A stretch of DNA of 64,000 nucleotides from Halocafeteria seosinensis. Taxonomy: Eukaryota. The notes below the pieces were generated by a model. The model was not told where the DNA came from, did not search any database, and saw only the letters and a program-made list of their open reading frames with translations. Position 1 is the stretch's first letter. The number at the start of each line of letters is the position of its first letter. Position numbers and translations under genes: made by a program. The stretch covers positions 1 through 64,000 of the forward strand of contig LVLI01000067.1 of the NCBI GenBank assembly GCA_001687465.1. Reading direction: 5' to 3'. Below, piece by piece: positions 38,225 through 51,901 of the stretch.

Positions 38225-40064
38225 TCAGCTGGTCACGGGGACTATATTTGGCGGGACAGGTTTATAACACAAGATGAGGCCGTCTTCTCCAGCCGAGTAA
38301 ATTTCTGGAATATCATTTGGTCGACGGCCACTTCCTGAAGCTTGCCGCACGCATACGGTATTAACAGTTCCGAAATGACCATCGAGGGAACCTAACAACT
38401 CTCCTGTAACGAGATCGTAGGCATGAGTGATGCCGGCATTGCTACTAGTGGCTGAATTTGGGGACAGAAGCAGTATTCCTGCCGTGTCGGGGGTGAAAAT
38501 GCTGGATGGGTATGCTCCAGTCTGAATCGAAGACATACTCAAAGACGGTGGTGACACCAGGCTACTTGTCTGACTTCGCCTCTTGTGACTTCCCGAGTAG
38601 CCTTTAAATTTCGTCAACTGTAGCATAACGAGCGCCATCAAAGCAATGAAGTGACGACAAAGATGACGACGGACTTACCTTGCAACGGGGGGCTGCGGAT
38701 GCTTCCAAATCCCACACGCGGATCTGATCATCGCTTCCTGTAGAAACGAGTATCGCCCTTTCACTATCCTCAGGACGGTCGGTGAAGTAAGGGTCTTCTG
38801 AACATATGCGTGGAATGACACGAGAAGATGATGGAAATGTCAGACCCGTAACTGCTCCGGAGTGGGCTCTGTTTGTAGAGCGTTTCCGACGTTCATCCAC
38901 CGATGCGTGCTCTCTTCGCTCCAAAGGGAGAATCTGCTCTGCATCCTCCTTCTGAGATTTGGGAGGATGCTTTCTCCTATCTTCGGAGTTGTTCACGGCT
39001 TCCAGAGCCATATCTATTCGCCGTTCGTAGTACTCTGATGAAAAGGCTTGAGAGCGCCGAGAGCTACTAGCAGAGTCCTCTACTTCACGGTGCTCGTCGC
39101 CATTTGCAGAAACACCGCCATGTCCCCGCTGTTCTATGTTGTTGGCGTCAAGAACGTCCAGGCAAGCAGATTGTCCGCCACGACGTACATCCCAAAGTCT
39201 AACTGAACCATCCCTTCCCCCTGAAGCTAGTACATAGGGATCATCCGGACTCCAAGCCAAACACATTACTCCTCCGCTTCCATGCCCTACTAGGGTATGC
39301 GTCGCTGCACACGACTTTATATCCACTAAAGAAATCCTCGAATCACTCGATGCCACAGCGGCAAGGCAGTAATTAGGCGTGCCTTCCATGGCGGCGCACA
39401 GAGACATGCTAGTGTCGTGAACTTGCCCGAGAGCTCGGAACTGAAATACTGGAGCAAACGCATTGGTATCCCATGCTAAAATACGCCGATCAGATCCACC
39501 CGTAAGAAATAGCCCATTATCAACCGTATACCATGTTACAGAGCTCACTGTGGCTGCATGTCCACGTATGCCCACTTGAGAAGTCTCAGGTCCATAGCTT
39601 CGCAGAGGCTCGCAAGTGGGGCTGGTTCCTGTGGCTTGAAAATACCTTCTCCTGCTTCGCAGAGGAGCCGTCCCGGTAGATCGGTTGCTGTCAGAACCTT
39701 GAGCTCTTGATTGTCCTCGACTGCCTTTGTGGTACCAGCGCTCAGTATCATAGAGATTGACGATGCCACCTGCATTCCCAGTAAGCAGGAATCGATTCTC
39801 TGGTGGGTCCAGTTCCATGCATGTAACGGCGGTATCCTGGACGGCAAACAACTCGCGTTCGCGGAGAGTATTATGCGCAGTACCATCTTCTTCCTCAACA
39901 TCGTCCAGTTCGTTCGCTGTGTTTCGATCATGTCCTTTGATCAACCTTTCCAATGCAATGGCGTCATGTTCCCCAATCCCTTTGGTACCACGGTCCACAG
40001 AGTACGCGAACCGAGGGGCCCACATCGCGCGCACCCGTCTTTTTTTCTCACCAAGGCATCTCAC
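38225..40064 (-). CDS. ERCC8: WD40 DNA repair protein ERCC8/CSA/Rad28 (2 exons)
   Basis: ELDPPENRFLLTG, VTWYTVDNGLFLTGGSD..WDTN, THTLVGH, LASGGRDGSVRLWDVRR, AHSGAVTGL; intron 38618-38678. Confidence 0.85.
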
Positions 40065-40669
40065 TACTACTCAAAAACTAGAGTCTTTATCGCGCTGTAT
40101 ATCTACCTTCCTGTGGCTCTGTTTGGACGATGCCCACGTTGAAGTTGGGGTTTTGTTGAAGTTGTGAATGCTCTGAGCCTCTGATTCCACTATACACCAC
40201 CGGCTGTGTTGTTGCGAAGGTGGATAAGAGTAGGCTATTATGCCGACCAGTCTTTAGCGCTCTCGCTGGATTCATTGGAGCGCCCACGGTACAGTGTATG
40301 TCAGGTTTCCCAGCTCGCTATCTTCCTTCGCTTGTGGCGTTTATGGCCATCTTTATGTTTCTCTTTCTCCATATTAGTTTCCTCGAATTACTCATTTCCA
40401 TGGTCTGAGGTGTCTAGGAAGCGAGAAGGATGATATGAGCTAGATGCAAGACCACAAGCGGACGGGCCTTTCCCCGGTACATTTTCCAGGGGAAGACAAA
40501 GGGAACAAAAAGCATAGGGGCGGTTGGCCGAAGATCTCTCTCAAACATTGAGCTCTCCATTAGGATGACATTACTCGCTTTATATGTACTTTTTGCAGAG
40601 GGGTATACATATAAAGAGCGCCATTTTTGACGGGAGCTGGATTCTTTGTTTTCGAGGGAAGCTGAACAA

Positions 40670-42056
40670 ATGAGTGCTCAGGCGCAGCAGGAACCCCAGC
40701 AGAATCCTTTCGAAGGCAAGGATGGTCAACAAGCACCTCCCGGTTCCAGTGTGGGAGCCATTGCCAACCGTCCGGGGAATGCTGTCAGCAGATGGTATGT
40801 GGCAGGGAGTGAATGCCGTGGTGGTTTGTCTCATTTCCAGCTACGTTTGTGCTGATGCAGTGTTGAAAAAATTAGCGTGAATAGATGGCTGCTTATAATA
40901 AGGATTGTGAACATCCTTAATGCTTGCTTGCTCCTCGCGTCATGCATAATGTCATTTGCCGGAGATCTGGCAACGGGGAGCAAAAAGGATGGAGAGAATA
41001 TATCCACCGTGTTCCTTAGTCTTTATATCGGGTAGGTGTGATATCAAACAGCGAGGGGTGGGGTTAGCTGGCTATAGCTCAAACTCTTCATTTTTCACAG
41101 GGTCTTTGGGTGCATACTGTTGATATTCGAAACAAGGAGCAAGCTAATTGGCTCAGAGCGATGGATACGGAGAACGTTTGGCTTCATGTTTACATACTGG
41201 GGTCGAACTTGCTTCCTGATTTTGTAAGTCACCTGTTGTTGTGGTGGAACACAATATTCTTCGTATATCCACAATGCAATTCAAATTGCTACAGTATTGG
41301 CTGCCTAAATATAGGGTTGTCAGACAGTCGTGATGAAGACAAGGAGGAATCTCAAGATGGAGTTGTTTCCAGGGATGTCGCCCATAACTTAGTAATCTCA
41401 ACCGCAGCGATTACCGTGATGAACGCTGTTTTCAACTGTGTGATTCTATGTAGCCATTCTGGATTCCTCAATATGCAAGATGTAAGAGCATAGACATGAT
41501 TCATGGAGTGTGCTATGTGCAGTAGTTACTTATTATTGTTTTCTTTTGTCCCGAGCAGAAAACGACGAACCCGGGAGATTTGGAAGAGCAGCAAGTCAAA
41601 GCGTATCTAGAGGCCCACCCAGAGTTAGCTGCCCAAGCTGCTCAGGGCTTCGAAACCGAATCTTCTCAGCCACCTCCTGTGGCGGCTGACTTTGGATCCG
41701 GAACAGCGAAGGACTCAGGCAGCAAGAGTCCAACATCTAAAAGCCCCGCTTCCAAGAGCCCTACCTCCAAACAGACTTCTGATGCGGACGCTGAAAATCC
41801 ATTTGGAAGTAATAGTGGTGCTAGTCGCCCTCCTGCCGCTCCTGAAAAGAGTAGTTCACAGAACCAATCACAAGAATCGAGTGCCACCACGGCTAGTGGC
41901 GGAGGAGGTGCGTCAGCAGCAGGAGGCGGAAAGAAGAAGAAGAAGAAAAATAAGAAAAACAACCAGAAAGAGGGGTCTGGTGGAGCGGCGTCTTCTTCCG
42001 GTGGAGGTCAGACGAAGGAAGATAATCCTTTTGAGGATGATAATCCCTTTGCGTAA
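40670..42056 (+). CDS. COPI-associated/Tvp15-like Golgi membrane protein with low-complexity tail (multi-exon)
   Basis: VFLSLYIG..FGCILLIFE..IRRTFGFMFTYWGRTCFLIF; several NPF motifs at the termini. Confidence 0.7.
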
Positions 42057-42091
42057 TGTGTAAACATAATATCCAACACGAAGCACAGCGC

Positions 42092-42635
42092 TCATACTTC
42101 GTCTTCATCCAAAAGCATATTTGGTATACCTTTAGTAATGGGATACGTTCGTCCACAATGCCTGCATTCCAACGCTCCTTCCATAATGTGAATTTCCATA
42201 ATCAGCTCATGCACACTTCGTAAAAATGCTGTGTCCTCGGCGTAGTTCTCTGGAGGACTCTCTGGTAGTTGGGCTATCTCCAGCTGCAAGTACCATCAAA
42301 ATCAAGAAGTCTCAAGAGGGAGAGAAAGGAAATATAGTACGTACTTCGGAGGCAGTCTGTTTCAGAGCTTCCCAGTCGAGTTTATGGAACAAACCCTTGA
42401 TAAACTCTTCGTTGAATTCCTGCTTGATATGCTTGATTCCACCAGGGACAGGGTTGATCTGTAGCATTATGGTTGACGACGACGACGGCATAAACACAGC
42501 ATTATCAAGCCAAATAGCGCGTCGGACGGCACCTACTTTGAGAGGGAAATTACGAGGGCGCTCGGCCTCTAAATTGGCTGTCTCGACGCATGCTTTCACA
42601 TTGCAATAGAGCATGTTGTGGGTCATTAACCGCAT
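42092..42635 (-). CDS. TRM112: Methyltransferase activator TRM112 (3 exons)
   Basis: MRLMTHNMLYC..FPLK; EGALECRHCGRTYPITKGIPNMLLDEDEV. Confidence 0.95.
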
Positions 42636-42913
42636 TTTTCGTCGATTTTATATCTGTATCTATTTGTCACCACAAGAGAAGCATACGCTACCAGCATCAA
42701 GAGCATTCATTCAGCACCCAACAAATCCACATACAGGCTATCATGTAACAGATACAGTTCGGGAAGTGTCACTACAAGTTCAAGCAGACCATAAGTTAGT
42801 GGTGTCGTATTTACAGATTATACACACACAATCTATCTATGTATGTGTGTGTTCGGAATGTGTCCCAAATATCATAAGAAGCAAAGCTCGAAGACCCTAC
42901 CTTACATGAAGAT

Positions 42914-45235
42914 CTATTCCTGTGTGGTGGTGGCAGCAGTTGTGCTTGTACTGTCTTCGGATACCGCCATTGTCTCGCTTGAAGTACTTGTCACATGGGC
43001 TGTCGACGTAGTCTCTGGGGAATTCCCCTTAGATGATATAGCAGTATTCGCAGAGACTTGTTCATCGGTAGGCGTCGTCTCAGCCTTCCCTTGACCATTA
43101 TCGGCACTCGTGGCACTCGCTGCGGGTCCGGTGGTTGCAGTATCCACTGTGGAAGAACTACCAGTCGAGACACCGTTCTCTTCTTCCTTCTCATTATGTT
43201 CCACAATCTGCGAATGGGCAGTCGTCGCCGCACCAGCGCTGGCAGTACCGGAAAAGATACCGTAGGTGGTGTTTTGGGAGGTTGTCGAACTTGGTGCAGT
43301 GGCTTCAGCGCACTCTCCATCGTCCGTGTGTGAACTGCTCGATTGAAGTGCCGTCGAAGTAGATCCATGAGCCTCTGCTGCGTTACCTATGGAAGGGAAC
43401 ATACTAATACGGAACAAACGCGGCTTAGTCCTCGAACGCATTAAATACCCCTCGCCTGCAAGTTGTCCGAGCCTGTACTCAGTTGCTTCGGCACATAGGG
43501 TTTGGAGCTGCGGATGGCATAGTGTGCGAAGAGCCAGGAATGTGTTCATGCTAAGACCATCAAATGCAGCGTCGTCTTGAGTTCGAAGCCAGATCTCTAT
43601 CTCCTTAACGACATCGGCTGCGGAGAACCAACAATCAGCTAACCAGCTTAGTGACTTCTCTGCGTCGTGCGTGCCCGCAGCAGCACCTGGAAGCGCATTT
43701 CCCGAAAAATCTTCTTTGGACGACAAGTTATTTGTTCCAATAATTTGCTTCAGGCGGAAAGAAGTGAGCCAATTTCCAAAAGCATCCAGACAGCCTTTCA
43801 TATTTGGGTGCCGTTCGATGACTTTTTGGTATGGCGTGCCTTTAAAGATTTCGTAGCAAATTGAACTAGAATCCAGGTAGTCTTTTCTTACGCTATTGTA
43901 GATCTTACCCATCCCGTTTACCAGCCTCGCCCTCACGGCGCTATCTGTTAGCGCCGAAGGGTCATTATCACTAAACCAACGTTGAGCCGTTGTTCGCAAT
44001 GCGGGCGAGCTACCTTGAGCGTACTGCTGTGGCGCAATATCCCTTTCGAACCTGTATTCGCCAAGAGTATCTGCCAAGAGATTTTCATTAATAGACAGTT
44101 GATTTCCTCGACGATTGTATTGTGGCTCAGGCATTCGGTGTTCAGTAACAGCGGAGCCTATTTGAGGATTATACAGGGAAGTGGACGCAAAACGATGATG
44201 AGACTCCCTTTGCATATTCTGCTGTAGTTCACGTGGAGGGAGGCTCTTGGAATTGAACTCATTTGTCTGATACACCAGATTGCTGGCGCCTTCACCCAGT
44301 GCATACGCCTGTGTGTCCATCTTGGGTGGCAGATTTTGGACGAAACCAAAACCCGATATTTCAGGTAGTGGAGCTCCCGTTGTAGCAGGAGGACATGGTT
44401 GCTTCCCCAGCCTATTTGAATCGGCGGTACTCGCTTTTGTTGTGCTGCTTTGAGTAGTGCGCTTGTTAGTACTAGCTGGGCCGCTGTTTCCTCCCTTCCC
44501 CCGTTTAACTGGTTTCTTAGTACCGACTTCCTTGGAGGCCGCAGGCTCTATGCGAGTACGCTTTTTGGTATTACCCTTAGAAGCTGAACCGGGAGCTGCT
44601 CCCTTTTTCTGTTGCTGCCCTGGAGGTGGACCACTCTTTTTCTTCGGGCCTCCTTTCTTGTTCTTTGCCTTTTCCTCCTTGGTGTACCCATAGCGGATCT
44701 CAATCTGACCTTGCCAATCCATTTCCGGGGCAGAGCAGTTATTGGCATTTTTATCAGGGTTCATAGAGCATTCCCAGTCCTCTGGTAAGTCGTCTAGATT
44801 GACTTCTTTTTCTAGCAACCTCCACTTGCCACATTTCGTACACTCAATCCAGTTCATATTTTCCACCACCGGTACTTGTAACGCCGCTTCGTCGGCAGGT
44901 GGTGAGCCTGAAGTCCCTTCATCCATCGTACTATCATCTCCCCTATCCGCATTCGTCATTGTTGAACTTTCATCATTGGAATCCTCCATGCTTGCATTGG
45001 TAGCGTTGGAAGAAGAACCCAACGAACTAGAAGACGTCGTTGCCTTAAGTGCCGTTCCTCCTGATTGACCTCCTCCAATAACCTGAGGAGCAGCTCGATA
45101 AGAGGTTAATTGCACTTTACCACCGTTTGCCGCTCCAGTAGCTGCCTCAAATAAGCTCATTGTGTTATTATCCGTCATGGCAGACTCAGCACCCCCTTCT
45201 TGAGTTCCCGGTTTCTCTGAGGCCTCCTGTTCCAT
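42914..45235 (-). CDS. CW-type zinc finger protein
   Basis: NWIECTKCGKWRLL..DDLPEDWECSMNPD...NNCSAPE; remainder unassigned or low complexity. Confidence 0.8.
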   Translation of the reverse strand: MEQEASEKPGTQEGGAESAMTDNNTMSLFEAATGAANGGKVQLTSYRAAPQVIGGGQSGGTALKATTSSSSLGSSSNATNASMEDSNDESSTMTNADRGDDSTMDEGTSGSPPADEAALQVPVVENMNWIECTKCGKWRLLEKEVNLDDLPEDWECSMNPDKNANNCSAPEMDWQGQIEIRYGYTKEEKAKNKKGGPKKKSGPPPGQQQKKGAAPGSASKGNTKKRTRIEPAASKEVGTKKPVKRGKGGNSGPASTNKRTTQSSTTKASTADSNRLGKQPCPPATTGAPLPEISGFGFVQNLPPKMDTQAYALGEGASNLVYQTNEFNSKSLPPRELQQNMQRESHHRFASTSLYNPQIGSAVTEHRMPEPQYNRRGNQLSINENLLADTLGEYRFERDIAPQQYAQGSSPALRTTAQRWFSDNDPSALTDSAVRARLVNGMGKIYNSVRKDYLDSSSICYEIFKGTPYQKVIERHPNMKGCLDAFGNWLTSFRLKQIIGTNNLSSKEDFSGNALPGAAAGTHDAEKSLSWLADCWFSAADVVKEIEIWLRTQDDAAFDGLSMNTFLALRTLCHPQLQTLCAEATEYRLGQLAGEGYLMRSRTKPRLFRISMFPSIGNAAEAHGSTSTALQSSSSHTDDGECAEATAPSSTTSQNTTYGIFSGTASAGAATTAHSQIVEHNEKEEENGVSTGSSSTVDTATTGPAASATSADNGQGKAETTPTDEQVSANTAISSKGNSPETTSTAHVTSTSSETMAVSEDSTSTTAATTTQE

Positions 45236-46300
45236 GAGAGGCCACAATGACACACAAAGAGCAAATCCTCAAGATATGAACGTGATTGATCTCCAATATG
45301 GCGTTCCAAACCAGCCCAAATATGCTCTATAAAGCATAGATGTAGCACGAAAGGGAACCGAAAACTTGCTCCGGCACGCCGTGAAACACACCGAAAGAGA
45401 CAAGATTCTATCGCCCAGCAAGCCCTGAGAATAAACAGTAGGCGAGTTATTGTGGGTGGAAACTGACTAATGCATCCCACATGGTCCTCTGCAAGGTCCT
45501 CAAACACGGAAAATGAAGCATAATTTGGCCAGAACCGGACCGGGCTCCAAGCCCGGGTCAGCAGCAGGAGAGGCTCCTGGAGAGCCTAGAATGACGCTTT
45601 AAGGGGTTGAATGCCGTATCGACTCGAATGATTCTCTGAATATAAATAGTATATGTATTACCGATGGAGTGGACACCGTGGAAGTGGAGTATAGCTTAGC
45701 GTATAGGCGCTACGTGTAGGTAGATAGTGTCTGGAACGCTGCAGGCTGCACAACTGAAACTAATGAGCGCTACTAGTCATTTATGTCAAGAAATTGGTCA
45801 TGTACGCCTAAAGAGCCTTTTACTGGAGCGTGCTCCAGTGACTGGGCTGCCTCCATAAGGTGGCTGAGCTCTTGTGTAGCTCTAGTTTGCACATCCCCTC
45901 CCGAACGAAGGGGCGCTCACGGGACGCTGTAGAAAGATAGCAATGAATGTGGTACCTTGATAGGCTCCTCCAGTTATCATTGATTGTCAGTTCTGTATAT
46001 CGCGTTGCCATTCCCGGGTACGGTTGAAACTCACCGGCTTGAAGTTCCAAACTTCTGGGTGAGTCACCACATTATTCTACACCCATGGTTTCTTCTACGT
46101 AATATGTTCCGAACCCGGTCCGCTAGAAGATGAAAACTAATTCGGATTGATAATTTACCGGAAGCAATTAAGAAGAATTACTTGCCTGATATACAAGTTC
46201 ACTGACATTTAACCACGTATCACTTCTGCTACTTACGCGAAGCAAACGAAGCGTGGTTCGAACCAACCAACTGTGTATTAAGAACCCAAGTCGCAGGAAA

Positions 46301-47297
46301 ATGTTATCCAATATCATCAGAGCTAATCGCTTGCTTGTTACCCCAACGAGAGGTGCTCTATCTCAATTTGCATTTCCTGTGAGCAATGTTGCTACGCGAA
46401 CGTTCGCTTCTGATAGCAACAACAAAGAGGTCGACGTCTCTCGTAAAACACCGAAGAGAAGAGGACATCGTAAGGAGAACGATATCGACCTGGCGGACCC
46501 ATTCAACGCAGTCGACCACATAAGGTGAGTGCAGCCGTATGCACACCTCGTTTGTATTTTTATTTGGTTCAGCACTATCGAAAGTTAAGCAGCAGTGTCG
46601 GATAGAACATTCCGAGTTCCGAACATTGACCACCTATATGACTCATACCTCGCAGACAACTTCAAGATCGATTCTTCGATCAAGCTTTCAGAAATACACC
46701 TTTCGGGAATCTGCGCGGCATGTTTTCTGACCCTTTCTCTATGCTTTCGCATAGAGGGAGAGAAGGAAACGATGAGCTTGGGTTCCCGGAATTCGGACCA
46801 CTTGCAAACTGGTCCCCGCAGTTGGCTTTGGACGTGAAAGAGGTACGTCTGTGTCAAGTTGCATGCGCATTGCTCATAAACTTCATCTTACTGTTAAACA
46901 TGTGCAGCATGATGATCATTTTGAGATTACTGTTGATACACCGGTATGTAGCATGTTTTCATATGGGATAGCATTTACTTCATTGCCACACATGGACGTT
47001 GAAGGTATCTCGCAGGGTCTCGACAAGGATAATGTTAAAGTGGAAGTTGAAGATGATGTCCTACACATTTCTGCTGAAACAGGCGACAAGAAGGAGAAAA
47101 CGGAGAAGGATAATGAGGGAAATGTTATTTTCCATCGGTACGAACGCCAGTCGGGTTCGGCCTCCAGGGCCATCCGACTTCCTGACACCGCTAACCCGGA
47201 AGAAATTACCGCCAACATGGATAAAGGTGTATTGACCCTTCACGTGCCAAAGTATGAACCATCGAAAAAGAACCGTCGGCACGTTGAGATCAAGTAA
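46301..47297 (+). CDS. Small heat-shock protein (HSP20), probable mitochondrial presequence (multi-exon)
   Basis: LDVKE..FEITVDTPGLDKDNVKVEVEDDVLHIS..ERQSGSASRAIRLPD..ITANMDKGVLTLHVPK. Confidence 0.9.
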
Positions 47298-47446
47298 AGA
47301 ACCGGCGCTTACAAGGAAGCGTAAAATCAATCGCATATAGCATAAGTTAAGCCCCATTTCTGAAAGGACAATTATAGGCAATTCAACAGCGTGTTCAAAT
47401 GCAACTTCGCTGAGTTCTGGCACTGGGCCCACCAGTTCAATAAGTA

Positions 47447-49868
47447 TTACACCAAATTACCTCCATGCTCATGCGCCGCCAGGCTACTTCTCTTGCGTTG
47501 ATGTGTTTCTTCAACCGCTCTTTCCTGAGCGGCATCAAACGTGTTTCCGAAAGAATGCGATTTCTGCGCACTTAATAGAGAGCTTCTCTCATCTGCACGT
47601 TTCTGCTTTGCCTCTCCACGAACAACCTCAGCCCGCTCCCGTGCTTTCTCTTCACTCAAGTTCAAGACTGCGACATCATTCGTACAATCCACCAGGTTTA
47701 ATACAATTCCGCACAGAACACCGAAGGCCCCAAGACCGACGAAGAACATTTCCACACACGTGTATTTGTTGTCACAAGCCGGAGGTGTCAGCTTTCCGAT
47801 AATAATAGGTGAAATAGCCAAACCTGCATTCTGTATAGCGGTGACTACCCCATAGGCGGTTCCTTGAAGTTCTGGCTCAATGACCAATGCTATACTTGGC
47901 CACAATGCCGAAGCGTATATACTGTAGCACACTCCCAAAATGACCAACGGGCCAATGGGGTTTAGGTGAGTCAGGCCAAGCACCAGGTGCACACCCACAA
48001 TCAGTACAGCCGCGACAAGATTTAATAGAGCTCGATAGCCCACTTTGTCAATCAAAGCTCCCATGAAAGGAGAAAGCAAACCCGCGACGAGATATGTGGA
48101 CATCATGATTGTGTTAGACTTGGCGTATATGTTATTCCTGGCATGGTCCGATATATCACCTGCGTCCTTGATATCATGGCTATCCATGTACTCCGGCTCT
48201 AACCACTTCTTAGTAATGAAGCGTGAAGCGATATTATTAAATGGTAGCACGGTGCAGTATACGGTAAGACAACTCAAGGTTAACACCCAGAATATAGGCG
48301 GGAAGCTAAAGAGAGCATTGAACTTGACTTCCTCCTTCTCGGGGTTGACATCTAAATCGTCAAAAGAGTCAATAATGATATCACTGGTTTCTACGCTTTC
48401 TGATCGCCCTCCACGGCTTTTCTTCCATCCGGAAATACCGCTCCCAGGTTTCTCCTCTCCTTGACCGTGGCCACTTTGCTGGTTGATTGCAGGAGAGTAC
48501 TCAAATCCAGGAGCGTTCACAGTGCTCTGAGGCACATTCCCAGCGGTGGGTGGTAGACTAAGAGCCTCCATGTCCCCGTCTGTCCTTTTCTTCCGCTTTT
48601 CTAGATGTTCTTGCCGACGGCCTGAGTCCCCGCCCGTTTTGGCGTTGTGTGATGTGAGAAGTGGGCTCTCAATGTTTGTCTCCATCATATTTTCAGTGTC
48701 CCACTGGCCCTGCTCTTCTTCTGCCTCGTCGAGTACTGGAGGCCATTGGCCTTGATGGCGCAGCCTTACTCTGTTCTTGCGAAGCAATTTCACTGAGGAA
48801 CGATCGACAAAAAACGCCCAAAGAGTTGTACCAAACGAGGCGATACATACTAATAGCCCAACCCACAACACCCAGTATAGTTTGTCTATCCCTACAGCTT
48901 CCGCCACTGCTTGCGAAGCTTCGTCATTAATGACGCTGCCCACTCTAGCGAGCGCCAAGTTCATTCCCAAAGCAAGAGCTAGTTCCTTGCCACTGAACCA
49001 CTGGGCAATCATGGCTGACATGGCGACAGACAAGCTCTCCCCACCGAGACCGAATATAGTCCGGCCTAAATACATGACGTACCATGCGTTTGTTTTGTTG
49101 GACAACCTGCGTCACATACACGAAGAAGCCACTAGATAAAGTGCATGGGGGAAGATGAACTCTAACACCACTCACGTGAGGCCAATTGCAAAGATGAGTT
49201 GTCCCAGAGCAATGATACCAGCAAAAACAGCGGCCATCAACCTTACCCCGAGGCGATCTGACAGCACTCCTCCGAAAAAGGGTAGGACCTGCGGTTGAAA
49301 AATCCGCTATTCCTGGTATCGTCCAAACTCCATTCACCGTCACATACCGTATTTGGAAACGAATACACACTATATAGCAAGTTGTACTTGACATTGAAGG
49401 AGGTTGCCTTGGGATTGTCATCCGATGCGTCACTTGGTACACCGTACCAACTTGCCAGCTGCAGTTGCCATCCCACTTCCGCTTCAGTGAAGTGCAACAG
49501 TAATTGAGCACGACACTTACCTGGTTATGAATCGCAGTGGGGTTATCGTAGCAATAGTAGGAGCCGATGAGTGCCATACACAGGAGAAAGAGCATCAACC
49601 AGCGGGCTTTGAGCTGGGATCGGACCACCGGAATCGGCATTTTGAGGAGTTTAGCCATGATTAAGGCCTGTTTCTCAGCCGCATCCATATCCTCTACCCC
49701 ACCGTTCGCTTCCTTTTCGGGTTCCTCACCGCCATTGGGCAAGAGGAGCTCGTCGTCCTCTTCACCATGCCGGGTATCATCGTCTATCAGCTTGGTGGTA
49801 TCGTCATGGGTGATGGAGGACCGAGACTCCTCCCCACTGCCCATGCTGGCCGTGTTTTCCCCGTTCAT
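47447..49868 (-). CDS. MFSD1: MFS transporter, MFSD1-like (4 exons)
   Basis: GSYYCYDNP, YNLLYSVYSFPN, GRTIFGLGGESL, LYASALWP-type motif, GTAYGVVTAIQNAGLA. Confidence 0.85.
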
Positions 49869-50085
49869 CACGTTTTTCTCCCGTGATGGAATTTAGGTAG
49901 ATCACCCCTGTGGTAAGTGTAAAAGCCCAAAAGGGTCAGGTTGTAACCAACAAACACCTTCAAAAACCATTGACTTCAATTGCCGGATTCTCCGGCGTCA
50001 GCCGGGACATCCCAGGGCGATTCCCACGCACGGAAAATGTAGCGATGCGACCCGCTGGTGGTGAGAAGTGTTGTACCACATGTTA

Positions 50086-50141
50086 CAAATGTGACACACA
50101 AAAATGTGTTTCCCAAATGTGACACACAAAAATATGTTTCC
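50086..50141 (+). repeat. 28-bp tandem duplication (2 copies, 1 mismatch)
   Basis: caaatgtgacacacaaaaat(g/a)tgtttcc twice. Confidence 0.9.
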
Positions 50142-50463
50142 CTTTCGACAGACAGCCCTAAGGGGGTTAAGACAGTTTGCCAGAGTATTCATGTATATTC
50201 CTCGTGCGGAGCCTTAGCCATCCTCGGGTTCTCGGCGAAGTCTTCTGCCTTGTGCCTGTTGTGGCCCTAAACCACCAAATAACAACTAGACAAAGGCAAA
50301 CGGTTCTGTAGGTGGTGACAACTAACGAGACTTCGGATAGCGGGCTCTTCTATATTCAGTACATCGCTATCCCGGTGTTCTGGTTTTGAATCTCCGTACG
50401 TAGCCAACGTACTCACCGCCAGGACACGGTCTACCCAGAATGATTGAGAATATAAAACGTGTC

Positions 50464-51633
50464 TTACATTCTTCCGCCATCGATTTCGACATTTTTACCT
50501 GACATGTAGCTTGAGTCCGAGCTGATGAGGAAGGACACAACACTGGCCACCTCATCTAGTCCCCCTAGTCGTTGCATCGGTACACCTGCAAGCATTTCCT
50601 TCTCTTTGGCCTGGATCTCCTCATTGGAGGGTTCCGAAGCAGATTGTCCACCTCGAGTTGCCGTTATTTGTCCTTTCACTTGGCTATACCACATCTGTTG
50701 CCCAAGAAGATTCAGTAATGCAACAGTATCTGCCTTTCCCCATAAAATTACCAAGCCTTACTTTGCAATCACCAATTAGATCAGGACTCACACAATTTAT
50801 GCGCACTCCCGAAGCTGCCAGATCTCGAGAAGAGCTCTTTGTAATTCCGATAACCCCAAACTTGGATGCGCTATAAGCCACCATATTCGGTGGCGCTGCA
50901 GCTCAATTTCGATACATTACGGTACGAAATCTGCCTTTGTCCACTATGAGTTACGCACCTACTACACCAGCCAAGGAAGCGGTATTTACGATTGATCCGT
51001 AACCTTGCTGGCGCATTTGCTCCCCCACGTATTTCACTCCCAAGAAGATACCGTATGTATTCACTGCAGTCCGATCGAACTCCTGTTGGTGGAACAACGC
51101 GAAAACGGGAAAGGAAGTACTTACCATTCAGTATTTGCTGAAATTCATCAGCATCATATTCTGTAACTGGTTTAAAACTCCCTTGAATTCCCGCCTGCAA
51201 ACACACGTGAAGATACGTACTAATCATGACCATAACTTGTGCATTCCACGAGCAGTGAACATACGTTGTTAAAGAATCCATGAACGACGCCAAACGCTTC
51301 GATTGCTTTGTTCACATACGCTTTGACGTCATCCTCCTTGGTCACATCTGCTGGTTGATAGAGCACTTGTGGCGACTTGGAAGCGGTATCTTGCCGTAAC
51401 TTGGCGGCTTCAGCTTGAACTTCCTCGCAGCATTTCTTCAATCCCTCCGTTTGAATGTCCACGAGCAAGACCGACGCTCCGTCCGAAACTAGTCTGCACA
51501 TACACGCAGAGGCAATATTGGCACTGATGCAGGAAGTCGAGGAAAACCTAATTGTATGGTACCTCTTGGCGGTAGCTTTGCCAATATCCCCGGCTGCGCC
51601 TGTGATGATGATGTTGTAGCCCTCCAATCTCAT
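50464..51633 (-). CDS. Classical short-chain dehydrogenase/reductase (multi-exon)
   Basis: IITGAAGDIG, FFNNAGI, IVNTAS, YSASK, VRINCVSP, SSYMSGKNVEIDGG. Confidence 0.92.
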
Positions 51634-51901
51634 TGCTTTCAATTTCGGTACACTATCCACACGTACTTTCGAACCTCGTGTGCATCTCTGTGGGGTAGTA
51701 CAATGATCGTTTGGGCCTGTATATGCCAAAAACAGGGTGTAAAGGGGTATATTCACAAATCCATCTTCAACTTGCTGCCACTGTGGCAGAACATGGCCTT
51801 ATAAAGGGCCTTTCCAGGTCATTTCCATACTCTATTTTGATTTGACAGACGGCGGGTGCATGTTTAGAGATAGGTGAACGTAAAACACTAGCTGTAAAGG
51901 G

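Noticed and set aside
45538..45587. Two small GC-rich hairpins in the CW/HSP20 divergent intergenic region
   Set aside because: Stems of only 6-9 bp and no match to an RNA family I recognise.
45600..46300. Heat-shock elements upstream of HSP20
   Set aside because: Only scattered GAA/TTC units; no correctly spaced nGAAnnTTCnnGAAn array.
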